Positions 29,154-37,636 of a DNA stretch of 64,000 bases are shown in pieces. Position numbers and translations under genes: made by a program. The notes under the pieces are model-generated. The model did no database searches and was not told where the DNA came from. It saw only the letters and a list, made by a program, of their open reading frames with translations. Numbering within the stretch: position 1 is the stretch's first letter; every line of letters begins with the position of its first letter. The stretch comes from Candidatus Marinacidobacterales bacterium (GTDB lineage: Bacteria > Acidobacteriota > Vicinamibacteria > Marinacidobacterales > SMYC01): positions 744,556 through 808,555 of the forward strand of contig CBDCYI010000009.1 of NCBI GenBank assembly GCA_965224085.1, written 5' to 3'.

Positions 29154-29792
29154 ATGGCCAACCAAACTCACCGGCTCGTCGTGCCCCGCGCGGCGCGCTA
29201 CGTCACGGCCGGCTCGATCGACGGACCGCTCGACGACGTCTGGGTCCTGTGCCACGGCTACGGCCAGCTCGCATCGGAGTTTCTCGGACTCGCCCGCGCC
29301 CTCGAGCATCCAAGACGCTTGCTCGTGGCGCCCGAGGCCCTGTCCCGCTTCTATCACGAAGATCACAAGAGAATCGGGGCCTCATGGATGACCCGCGAAG
29401 ATCGGGACACCGAGATGGAGGACTACGTCCGCTATCTGGATCTGCTGCACGACCAACTATTCGAGATCGTCGAGCGCGACCGCCTGAAGCTTCGGCTGCT
29501 CGGCTATTCTCAAGGGGCCGCCACCGCCGCGCGATGGGCGGTACGCGGCCGGGCGAAGATCGACCACCTCGTGCTTTGGGGCTCTCCCCTACCGCCGGAG
29601 CTGGGTGACGAAGCCGCGCTTCGCGAAATACACCTGACGCTCGTCGGAGGGTCGAGGGACGAGTTTTTTACAGAGAAAGTCTGGGCGGATGAGCGCACGC
29701 GCCTGCGTGCGCTCGGCCTCGTTTTCGACGAGCTGAGCTTCGAAGGCGGCCACCGTTTGGACGATGACACGTTGCGCGCGCTCGCAGGCTGA
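29154..29792 (+). CDS. Alpha/beta-fold esterase (phospholipase/carboxylesterase-like)
   Basis: VLCHGYGQLASEF, nucleophile elbow LLGYSQGAA, C-terminal GGHRLDD. Confidence 0.7.
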   Translation: MANQTHRLVVPRAARYVTAGSIDGPLDDVWVLCHGYGQLASEFLGLARALEHPRRLLVAPEALSRFYHEDHKRIGASWMTREDRDTEMEDYVRYLDLLHDQLFEIVERDRLKLRLLGYSQGAATAARWAVRGRAKIDHLVLWGSPLPPELGDEAALREIHLTLVGGSRDEFFTEKVWADERTRLRALGLVFDELSFEGGHRLDDDTLRALAG

Positions 29793-29795
29793 GGC

Positions 29796-30629
29796 ATGCT
29801 TAGGGCCTTGCAACCTCCACTCATCAGCGTCGACGAAGTCTTGAAGCTACCCAATCCGGCTCCCGATGCGCGGATCCCCTATGGCAGCGACCCGCTGCAG
29901 TTCGGGGATCTGAGGCTTCCCGAAACCCAAGGGCCTCACGCCGTCGTCGTCATCATTCATGGCGGCTGCTGGCGCGCACAATACACCATCGACCACATTG
30001 GAAGCTTCAGCGACGCACTGACCCAGGACGGCCTCGCGACGTGGACGATCGAGTATCGCCGGGTCGGCAACCCTGGCGGCGGTTGGCCTGGAACGTTCCA
30101 GGACATAGGTGCGGCAGTCGACCATCTACGCCAGCTTCGCGAGGAGCACCCGCTCGATCTCGGCCGCGTCGTCGTCGCCGGCCACTCCGCCGGCGGACAA
30201 CTGGCGCTTTGGGCGGGAGCGCGCAGAAAGCTCACGGACGCGACGATTCGAGGCACGAAACCGCTCGCACCCCAAGGCGTCGTCTCGTTGGCGGGGGTCG
30301 ACAACCTTCGTCGCGCAATCGACGAAGGCGTCTGCGACAAGATGGCGGCCGAGCTTCTCGGAGGCACCTCGGAGGAGGTTCCCGAGCGCTACGCCGTCGC
30401 CTCACCCATCGAGCTCTTGCCGCTCGGCGTTCGGCAACATCTCATCAACGGCGCCCGCGATCCCATCGTGCCCGAAGCTTTCGGGCGCGCCTATAGCGAA
30501 GCCGCACGCGAAGCCGGCGATGAGGCGGCGCTGACCGTCATCCCGGACGCGGGACATTTCGAGCTCATCGCACCCTCGACGGCGGCGTGGCAGCGAGTGA
30601 AGAACGCCATCTGGAAGATCCTCGAATGA
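29796..30629 (+). CDS. Alpha/beta hydrolase (arylformamidase/esterase-like)
   Basis: VVVIIHGGCWRAQY (oxyanion HGG), VAGHSAGGQLA (GxSxG), PDAGHFE. Confidence 0.8.
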   Translation: MLRALQPPLISVDEVLKLPNPAPDARIPYGSDPLQFGDLRLPETQGPHAVVVIIHGGCWRAQYTIDHIGSFSDALTQDGLATWTIEYRRVGNPGGGWPGTFQDIGAAVDHLRQLREEHPLDLGRVVVAGHSAGGQLALWAGARRKLTDATIRGTKPLAPQGVVSLAGVDNLRRAIDEGVCDKMAAELLGGTSEEVPERYAVASPIELLPLGVRQHLINGARDPIVPEAFGRAYSEAAREAGDEAALTVIPDAGHFELIAPSTAAWQRVKNAIWKILE

Positions 30630-31498
30630 CTTGGCTCGAGCGCGCGTCGCAGATTCTCGACTTCACGTTGTTTCAGCTAGGCGGCAACCCCATCACTGTG
30701 CTGCACGTCGTGATGTTCTGCATCGCGCTCGTCGCCACGCACTTCCTCGCCCGTTTCGTCAGAAAGGTCTTGCACCGCTACCTTCTCAAAGAGCTCGACG
30801 ACGCGCCACGCTACGTCATCGTCCGCTTTACCCAATATCTCGTTTGGGTCGTCGGCATCGCGATAGCACTCGAGCTTCTCAACGTTGACTTGACCGCTCT
30901 CACCGTTGTCGCGGGCGCACTCGGCATCGGTATCGGTTTCGGCCTGCAAAACGTCGTCAACAACCTCGTCTCCGGTATCGTGCTGCTACTCGAACAGCCG
31001 GTACGCTACCGCGATCGCGTCACGGTGGAGAATATCGAAGGACAAGTCGAGCGCATCAACTTTCGCGCCACCACCATTCTGACCAATGACAACATCTCCA
31101 TCATCGTGCCCAACTCGCAGTTCGTGAATCAAACCGTCGTGAACTGGTCGCATGGCGATCCGCGCATCCGCGTCCACGTTCCCGTGGGAGTGGCTTATGG
31201 CTCGGATGTCGAGCTCGTAACCCAAATCCTGCTCGACGTGACGCGCGGGGCCAAGGGTGTGTTGGACCGTCCCGAGCCCGAAGTTCGCTTTCTCGAGTTC
31301 GGCGATTCGTCGCTGAACTTCGAGCTTCTCGTCTGGTCCGACGAGCCGCCGAACTATCATCGACTGCGAAGCCAATTGAACTACGCGATCGACAAGGCTT
31401 TTCGCGAGCACGACATCGAGATCCCTTTCCCCCAACGGGACGTCCATCTCAAAACGCCCGCGGAGGAGGAGATCGTGAAAGTCTTCCGCGAAAGCTAG
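30626..31498 (+). CDS. Small-conductance mechanosensitive channel (MscS family)
   Basis: ATGA overlap with the upstream stop. TM helices, then GIGIGFGLQNVVNNLVSGIVLL..PVRYRDRVTVENIEGQVERINFRATT. Confidence 0.85.
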   Translation: MTWLERASQILDFTLFQLGGNPITVLHVVMFCIALVATHFLARFVRKVLHRYLLKELDDAPRYVIVRFTQYLVWVVGIAIALELLNVDLTALTVVAGALGIGIGFGLQNVVNNLVSGIVLLLEQPVRYRDRVTVENIEGQVERINFRATTILTNDNISIIVPNSQFVNQTVVNWSHGDPRIRVHVPVGVAYGSDVELVTQILLDVTRGAKGVLDRPEPEVRFLEFGDSSLNFELLVWSDEPPNYHRLRSQLNYAIDKAFREHDIEIPFPQRDVHLKTPAEEEIVKVFRES

Positions 31499-31516
31499 TG
31501 CGCCTGTATCAGGACA

Positions 31517-32428
31517 CTAGGCTGGGGCCGCTGCGTTCGTCGACACGCGCCCCTTGTCGAGGATGTGATCGGGAACGCGTTTCAAATCCCAGATCAATCC
31601 GAGCTTCGACAGAAGGAAAAGACCGTAATACGTGATGTCGATCTCCCACCAGTAAAAGCCTTGGCGGGTCGCGGTGGGGTAGTGATGGTGGTTGTTGTGC
31701 CAGCCCTCGCCAAAGGTCAAAAGGGCCAGAAACCAATTATTGCGGCTGTCGTCGCCCGTCACGTAGCGGCGCTTTCCGAAAAGATGCGACAACGAATTGA
31801 TCGTGAACGTCGAATGGCCGAGAAGCACGGTCGAGACAAAGAAACCCCAGATCAGCATTTGTGAGCCCGAAGTGCCTAGCCCAGGCGCGTAGGTCTGGAG
31901 CAGCACACCTAAGCCGAAGCAAGCGGTGCCTAGAAGGGTAGGAACGAGCACGTCGATGCGATCGAGGATACGAAGCTCCGGAAACTTGGCGAGGTCGGGC
32001 ACGAGCCGCATGCGCGTCGCTGAGTTGGCGCGGGCGAAGACCCAACCGATATGGGAGTAGATGAAGCCCCGCCGGATGGGCGAGTGCACGTCTTCTTCCT
32101 GGTCCGAGTACTGATGATGACGCCGGTGATGGGCGGCCCACCACAGAGGGCCTTTCTGAACAGAAGCGTTTCCGAGCATCGCGAAAAGAAACTGAAACCA
32201 GCGCGAGGTCTTGTAGCTTCGATGCGAAAGATAGCGGTGATAGAAACCGGTAATCGCGAACATCCTCGCCGCGTAAAGGGCGAGACACACGGCCACGGCT
32301 ATCCAGCTCGCGCCGACCCAAAACACGCCGAGGGCCACTAAATGCACCGCGACAAAGGGAATGGTGGAAATCCAGGAAATGCCGCCGTCGGGTTGCACGG
32401 CGCGTAAGTCGGATGCTTGCGTACTCAC
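31517..32428 (-). CDS. Acyl-CoA (delta-9-type) fatty acid desaturase
   Basis: Three His boxes: HRYLSHRSY, HHRRHHQYSD, GEGWHNNHHHYP. Confidence 0.9.
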   Translation of the reverse strand: MSTQASDLRAVQPDGGISWISTIPFVAVHLVALGVFWVGASWIAVAVCLALYAARMFAITGFYHRYLSHRSYKTSRWFQFLFAMLGNASVQKGPLWWAAHHRRHHQYSDQEEDVHSPIRRGFIYSHIGWVFARANSATRMRLVPDLAKFPELRILDRIDVLVPTLLGTACFGLGVLLQTYAPGLGTSGSQMLIWGFFVSTVLLGHSTFTINSLSHLFGKRRYVTGDDSRNNWFLALLTFGEGWHNNHHHYPTATRQGFYWWEIDITYYGLFLLSKLGLIWDLKRVPDHILDKGRVSTNAAAPA

Positions 32429-32556
32429 TAAAGCTCTCCTCTAAGGTAGGATTAGGGGTTAAACGAGGAGCCTTCCTCCGTGGAAAAACAGGCTCACGAC
32501 CGCCGGGACCGGCCAATGGTACACCAACACGGGTATTAGCGTAGCATGGAAAGCTC

Positions 32557-32908
32557 ATGGGCCCAAAGTCGAGAGGGTCGACTAGAATTAGACTCATGGC
32601 GGGGCGCGGCGAGGGGAGTCGAAAACGCGCCATCCTTCCCAGTGGCTTGGGACTCGAGCTCGAGGACGTTACGAAGCCCGCCACAAGCGCGACGCTCTTC
32701 GGGAACGAGGCTCCCCTCGAACTCGAGGTCGGCTCGGGCAAAGGCACCTTCCTCGTGTCCGAATCGAAGATCCGACCCGAAGTCAACTTCCTCGGTGTCG
32801 AGTATGCGCGCCTCTACTGGCGCCTCGCCGAGGATCGGCGGCGGCGCAACGCCTGCGAAAACGTGCGCGTCGTGCTCGCCCACGCGGTTACTTTCATCCG
32901 CGAGGTAT
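32557..32908 (+). pseudogene. trmB: tRNA (guanine-N7)-methyltransferase, 5' part only, cut off by repeat R copy 2
   Basis: LELEVGSGKGTFLVSESKIRPEVNFLGVEYA...NVRVVLAHAVTFIREVL, then the repeat sequence. The FPDPW region is absent. Confidence 0.6.
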
Positions 32909-33053
32909 TGTCAAGTTTTCCACGGCTTGACGGCCACCCCGAATGAATGAAACGCGTTAGTCTCTGGAGGTGGCACCGGCTCAACACGACGCCTGAGGGA
33001 GCTCGGGTTTGGCGTCACTGCCCCCAAACGCTACATCCTGAGTTTCTTATTAG
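32909..33053. repeat. Repeat R copy 2, abutting the left end of IS200 copy 1
   Basis: Starts TGTCAAGTTTTCC and ends ..CTTATTAG immediately before TGTCTCTTCC (the IS200 left end). Confidence 0.85.
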
Positions 33054-33494
33054 TGTCTCTTCCGGGGATGGTCGAAACCCCTCGCCTTTAGGCGAAGAGA
33101 AGATCGTGGTATTGTAGTAGCGGTTCGTGTGCGCGATCTGATTCGTCAGATCGCGATGGAACATGAGCTGCACATAATCTCGGGTAAGGTTGCACGCGAC
33201 CACGTCCACGTGTTCGTATCCTACCGACCACACCAGGACCTGAGTACGATCGTGCAGTGGCTAAAAGGAATAAGCTCCCGAGTACTCCTTCAGGAGTTTG
33301 CTCACCTGAGGAAGAAGTTTTGGGGCCGGCACTTCTGGGCCCGAGGATATCTGGCGGTGAGTTCAGGAAGCATAACGGACGAGATGGTAAAGGAGTACAT
33401 AGACTCCCAGGATGGCGAGCCTCTTCACGACGACAGTCAATTTCCAATTGACAGCCCTTGAAGCCACCGCCTTCTAGGCGGTGGTTGTTCACTT
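33054..33494 (+). mobile_element. IS200-type element, copy 1, with a 101-bp internal deletion that removes the tnpA start
   Basis: Aligns with the reverse complement of 48826-49367, except for a missing block between ..GGTATTGT and AGTAGCGG... Shares the right-end hairpin CCACCGCC-TTCTAG-GGCGGTGG. Confidence 0.85.
33129..33461 (+). pseudogene. tnpA: IS200/IS605-family Y1 transposase TnpA lacking the first ~36 codons
   Basis: Identical C-terminal 110 aa to the ORF at 48859-49299, including the HVHVFV (HUH) motif. Confidence 0.85.
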
Positions 33495-33499
33495 GACGT

Positions 33500-34292
33500 T
33501 GAGCGAGCGAACCTATTGCGTCGAGCTGATTTCCTTTGCTCTCATCGGACGGCACAGGTTACCTCCTGCCAGACGATGAAAGCGCGGTCTCGTAGCTCCC
33601 GATGATGATGCGCTTGCAACAAATGCCGTCCGACGCGAAAGAGGTTTTGCACGAGTCCATGCACGGTCAAGAATCGTTGCGCCTGCCCAGGAGTTTTAAA
33701 CTTCCGCATCTGTCGTTCCCGTTGTCGCGTCGGTTCGTGCGAGACTTCGGCTAGGTTGTTTCTGTACTGGTCAGTGTCGTGGACGACGGACGGCATGACC
33801 TCGCGGTGAGCGGCGCTGTAGCTTCTCAGTTTGTCGGTGACCAGCTGCCAGGGCGGACGGCCTTGCCCTTTCAACAGCTTGCGGAAGAATCGTTTGGCGG
33901 CTTTCTGATCACGGCGAGGCTGGACGAGGATATCAATCACATCACCATCTTGGTCTACCGCGCGCCAGAGGTATTGGCGTTCGCCTTGTATCTTTATGAA
34001 GACCTCGTCCAGGAGCCACGTGTCACCAAGGCGACCCTGCCGACGCTTCAGTCGCCGAGCGTATTCCGGCCCGAACTTGATGCACCAAAGTCGGATCGCT
34101 TCGTAGGAAACCGTGATGCCTCGCTGAGCAAGCAGCTCTTCGACGTTTCGAAAGCTCACGCAGAATCGGTGGTAGAGCCAGACGGCGTGGCTGATGATTT
34201 CCGGTGGAAATCGATAGCCGTGGTAGCTTGGCGCATCGGTCTTCATTGGACCATTCTGTCAGTCACCAGCTCAATTTGACAGCAATGGCACC
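33500..34292 (-). mobile_element. IS6-family element (ends approximate)
   Basis: The end upstream of the transposase gene reads GGTGCCATTGCTGTCAAATTGAGC on the minus strand (ending near 34292), which resembles IS26-type inverted repeats. The other end is degenerate. Confidence 0.55.
33542..34246 (-). CDS. IS6-family transposase
   Basis: 234 aa. YHGYRFPPEIISHAVWLYHRF, DEVFIKIQGERQYLWRAVDQDG, TDKLRSYSAA are typical of IS26/IS6 transposases. Confidence 0.9.
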   Translation of the reverse strand: MKTDAPSYHGYRFPPEIISHAVWLYHRFCVSFRNVEELLAQRGITVSYEAIRLWCIKFGPEYARRLKRRQGRLGDTWLLDEVFIKIQGERQYLWRAVDQDGDVIDILVQPRRDQKAAKRFFRKLLKGQGRPPWQLVTDKLRSYSAAHREVMPSVVHDTDQYRNNLAEVSHEPTRQRERQMRKFKTPGQAQRFLTVHGLVQNLFRVGRHLLQAHHHRELRDRAFIVWQEVTCAVR

Positions 34293-34903
34293 GCCCGCGT
34301 GGGCGGAGGTCATCGGAGAGTGACCGAAATCGTTCGTTCACTCGAAAGTACCAGACCGACACCTTCGACATCCTGCGCGACCGGAGCGAACTCAACGTTC
34401 GGACGGCGGTGCCCGTGCCGACCAGCCTGATCTTCCCGAGCAAGTACTTTCCCGAGAGCGACGTCGCCGAGTCCGGTACGTACGTCCAGGCAGAGCTCCA
34501 ATTCGGCCGCGTCACGCTCGTGCCCGGGGTGCGTTACGATCACTTCTCGCTCGACGCCAACCAGAGCGACCCGATCTTCCTTGCAAGCCTGAACCCTGAG
34601 CCGACCGACTTCTCCTACAGCGCCGTATCGCCGAAAGTTGGCGTATCGGCGCGATTGACGGACGTGGTGACCGTCCATGCGCAGTACGCCAGGGGATTCC
34701 GGGCGCCACCATACAGCAGAGCCGTCAACACCGGCTTCACGAACCCACAGGGAGGCTACGTCACGCTTCCCAATCCCGAGCTCAGGGCGGAGACGAGCGA
34801 CAACATCGAGGTCGGTGTGCGGACCGCGTTCGACCGCGCGAGCTTCGGCGTGACCGTCTTCTCGAACCGGTTCGATAACTTCATCGACCTGACGACGGTC
34901 GGC
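34293..34903 (+). pseudogene. Internal fragment of a TonB-dependent receptor, bounded by IS6 and IS903-like copy B
   Basis: ...GTYVQAELQFGRVTLVPGVRYDHF..., VHAQYARGFRAPP, NPELRAETSDNIEVGVR, FSNRFDNFIDL. No plug domain and no C-terminal Phe. Confidence 0.75.
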
Positions 34904-35991
34904 GGCGTTGTTGCACGGCCCGGAGCAAATCGCTGACCTCCCTGTGCCGGTCGGAGAGTCACCCGGCGCAGTAAGTATCGGGCATACCGAGCGCGGTCAT
35001 CTTGTTGAGTATCTCGCACCCAATTCGGTGTTCAACTCGTTGCCTCGCCAACGTTCGAGCCCGCATCTCGGGCCCCATGATCGCCTTGTAACGATAGACC
35101 GCGTTCTCCACCATGCTTCGCTCGGTGCAGCCTGAGAGCTTGTACCATTCACGTCGGCCGTGTCTTTCGATGGCACGAATATGGCGGTCGCGTTCCCGCA
35201 TTGCGGTGTTCGAATTCTGACTGAGCGTGGCGTTTCGTTGCGGCGGAATCACCACGCGCGTCCTTCGTTCAGGGCTGTGCGCTTCGATGGCTTCGTAGAC
35301 CGCTTCCTTGTCGTATGCACTGTCCGCCGCCACCGACGCTATAGGTGCTTGAATCTGTGTTAGCAAAGGGGGGACTCGCGTTGCGTCGCGAGCTCGTGAC
35401 ACCGTCAGTTCGGACGCAACAATGTTGCCGGTCTTGCGATCAACGGCGATGTGCAACTTGCGCCAGGCGCGCTGCTTTGGCGGTTTGCGGGTGGTTCCAA
35501 CATGAATCCTCAAGCCCGTGCTATCGATCATCAGGTGGATTGGTTGATTGCTTGCGGCTTTCCGAATCCGCAGCTTCTTGCGGAGCAGCCTCGACCGCCG
35601 ACACAACGTCGAGTAGTCCGGGATCTCGATACACAGCCGGAGAAGCGAGGCGATCGAGTTCAAGAAGCCTTCGGTTTGGCGGTAGGCAAGCTTGTACACC
35701 ATCCGGACAACCAGGCCCGTTTCAATCGCCATCTCTGAATAGACCCGTTGACCGCCAGGCTTACCGCTCTTGTCGGCCTTCCAGTTCGCGATTGCCTCCT
35801 CGTCAAACCAGACCGTCAAATCGCCCCGGCGGCGCAGCCCTTCGTTGTATTCCGCCCAGTTGGAAACGTGGTACTTCTTCTGTTTCGCGTGTTTGTACTG
35901 GCTGCGCTTGGGATACTTCATGGTCGAACATTACCTCGGCCACCACCATAGGGTAGATTTCGCGCTCAGCCAAGAGCGGTGCAACAACGCC
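34904..35991 (-). mobile_element. IS5-family (IS903-group) insertion sequence, copy B (1088 bp)
   Basis: Same inverted repeats as copy A. The transposase differs from copy A at 3 residues. Confidence 0.85.
34959..35921 (-). CDS. IS903-group DDE transposase
   Basis: 320 aa, near-identical to the ORF at 26260-27222. Confidence 0.9.
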   Translation of the reverse strand: MKYPKRSQYKHAKQKKYHVSNWAEYNEGLRRRGDLTVWFDEEAIANWKADKSGKPGGQRVYSEMAIETGLVVRMVYKLAYRQTEGFLNSIASLLRLCIEIPDYSTLCRRSRLLRKKLRIRKAASNQPIHLMIDSTGLRIHVGTTRKPPKQRAWRKLHIAVDRKTGNIVASELTVSRARDATRVPPLLTQIQAPIASVAADSAYDKEAVYEAIEAHSPERRTRVVIPPQRNATLSQNSNTAMRERDRHIRAIERHGRREWYKLSGCTERSMVENAVYRYKAIMGPEMRARTLARQRVEHRIGCEILNKMTALGMPDTYCAG

Positions 35992-36236
35992 GCTTTTTCG
36001 GCACAACCATTCCCTACATCCACGAAAGCGGGACGATCGGCATCCTTTTCAGCCTGGCCGTGGTGGTCATCGCCGCGCTCAATCTGGTGCTGGACTTCGA
36101 TTTCATCGAGACCGGCGCCGAGCGGGGCGCGCCGAAGTACATGGAGTGGTACGGGGCCTTCGGACTGCTGGTCACCCTGATCTGGCTTTACCTTGAGATG
36201 CTGCGACTCCTTGCCAAATTGCACAGTCGCAAGTAG
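35992..36236 (+). pseudogene. C-terminal fragment of a membrane protein (Bax-inhibitor-1/YccA-like tail)
   Basis: ...GILFSLAVVVIAALNLVLDFDFIETGAERGAPKYMEWYGAFGLLVTLIWLYLEMLRLL. Starts at the IS boundary. The family call is from memory of actinobacterial BI-1-like tails. Confidence 0.4.
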
Positions 36237-36264
36237 GCGGACGATCCCTTCGTCGCCGCCCGCC

Positions 36265-36296
36265 CGTCGTGTCCAAAAATACAAACGAACTCAAGA
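36265..36296. repeat. IS-end sequence B, copy 1 (CGTCGTGTCCAAAAATACAAACGAACTCAAGA)
   Basis: Repeated at 40810-40841 with one mismatch. Confidence 0.8.
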
Positions 36297-36723
36297 AAGC
36301 CGGATTCGAGCGGCGCTCGCCCGATGGACCTCGTGGAGCGCGACTTCAACGCCACACGCCCGAACGAGCTCTGGGTCTCGGACCTGACCTACATTGCCAC
36401 GTGGCGCGGCTTCGTGTATGTCGCCTTCGTCATCGACGTCTTCGCTCGACTCATCGTCGGCTGGCGAGCGACGACATCGTTGACTGCCGGCATCGCTCTC
36501 GATGCGTTGGAGCAGGCGCTGCACGAGCGCCGACTAAACCCAGAAGACCCATTGGTGCATCACAGCGATCGCGGCGTGCAGTACGTCTCGATCCGTTACA
36601 CCGAGCGGCTCGCCGAGGCGGGCATTGAGCCGTCCGTCGGCAGCCGAGGCGACTCTTACGATAACGCTTTGGCTGAATCCATCATCGGCCGCTACAAGAC
36701 CGAGGTGACCCGTCGACGCGGGC
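36297..36723 (+). pseudogene. IS3-family OrfB (DDE integrase core) fragment 1
   Basis: DLVERDFNATRPNELWVSDLTYI...HHSDRGVQYVS...SVGSRGDSYDNALAESIIGRYKTE. Truncated at both ends by the B and A sequences. Confidence 0.8.
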
Positions 36724-36781
36724 TGTGCCTTCTATTTATTCATCCGGGCGCCCCGAACTTGATTAGTCTCCGGTCTGCCGG
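36724..36781. repeat. IS-end sequence A, copy 1 (TGTGCCTTCTATTTATTCATCC...GGTCTGCCGG)
   Basis: Repeated at 40744-40801 with two mismatches. Here it is followed by a transposase N-terminus. Confidence 0.8.
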
Positions 36782-36793
36782 CACCATACCTGC

Positions 36794-36960
36794 TTGATTT
36801 CGTCGTTTGTTCGCGCTCTCATCTCCGCCTTCAAGGCTCGTCGCGAACTGGCTCTTGACAATGTCGCTCTTCGGCAGCAGCTCGCCGTCCTCTGCCGTAC
36901 GGTGAAACGGCGCGGCTCTCGAAGGTCGACCGCGGGTGGGGTAACTGTAAAGCCTAGGGG
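36794..36960 (+). pseudogene. N-terminal fragment of an IS481/IS3-like transposase
   Basis: ...AFKARRELALDNVALRQQLAVLCRTVKRR is a typical N-terminal coiled segment of these transposases. Breaks off near 36960. Confidence 0.5.
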
Positions 36961-36975
36961 CCCTTGGCCCAGTCG

Positions 36976-37030
36976 CTAAGCTGCTGATTTATGGTCTATT
37001 TCGAAAGGGCCGAGTTTTGGCACAGGACGG
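36976..37030. repeat. 55-bp repeat, copy 1 (CTAAGCTGCTGATTTATGGTCTATTTC..GGCCGAGTTTTGGCACAGGACGG)
   Basis: Direct repeat of 37293-37347. Its last 21 nt recur at 41730-41750. Confidence 0.85.
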
Positions 37031-37292
37031 GGAACCCGAATTGCCGGCCACAACGTCACCCTCCCAGGGCACTGGTGTCACCTCGTTCGAATGGGCGAGG
37101 ATCTCCACGACCGCCTAGGGGCAGCCCCGACGTTCAGAACAATAGGCCGGATATTCGAAAACAATCGCAAGAGCGAGTCTCTCCACGTTCATAAGACGCC
37201 GGTTACACCATCGGATCGACCGATACGGACCAGCCGATCGTGGTAGGTCTAAACGCCGCAATCAACGCTGGATCGACTTTTGCGGAGCACAA

Positions 37293-37347
37293 CTAAGCTG
37301 CTGATTTATGGTCTATTTCAAAAAGGCCGAGTTTTGGCACAGGACGG
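37293..37347. repeat. 55-bp repeat, copy 2
   Basis: See 36976-37030. Confidence 0.85.
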
Positions 37348-37636
37348 GATAGAAATGACTATCTGTCCCAGACAGAGAAGACTCCGCAAGCCCCACACTA
37401 CCCAGGACGATGAACGTTATCAACGCAACTCGGAAAGTACTCCTGACGGGAAGTTCAGAGGCGAACCGTTCAGGACCTAAGCCCGCTCCTTGTGAAACGC
37501 GTCTTACAAGCATCACTCATGTAGCATCCATAACACGACTCCCACCTGGAACTTAGCAAGATCGACAAACTAGCGAAGCAATCTCCACTCGACCCGTATG
37601 ATCGCTCTGGAAACGTGACGTGTAGAGTCCTCTCTC

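Noticed and set aside
32909-33053. Repeat R as an SRP RNA, a group II intron domain, or part of the IS200 element
   Set aside because: The GTCAGGCCGTGGAAAAC stretch only superficially resembles the SRP helix-8 motif. I could not draw a domain V-like hairpin. IS200 copy 2 has a completely different left flank, so R is not part of the IS.
36976-37347. Sigma-54 promoter suggested by TGGCAC inside the 55-bp repeats
   Set aside because: The element expected five nt downstream (TTGC-like) is GGGG or GAGT in all copies. No plausible downstream gene exists.
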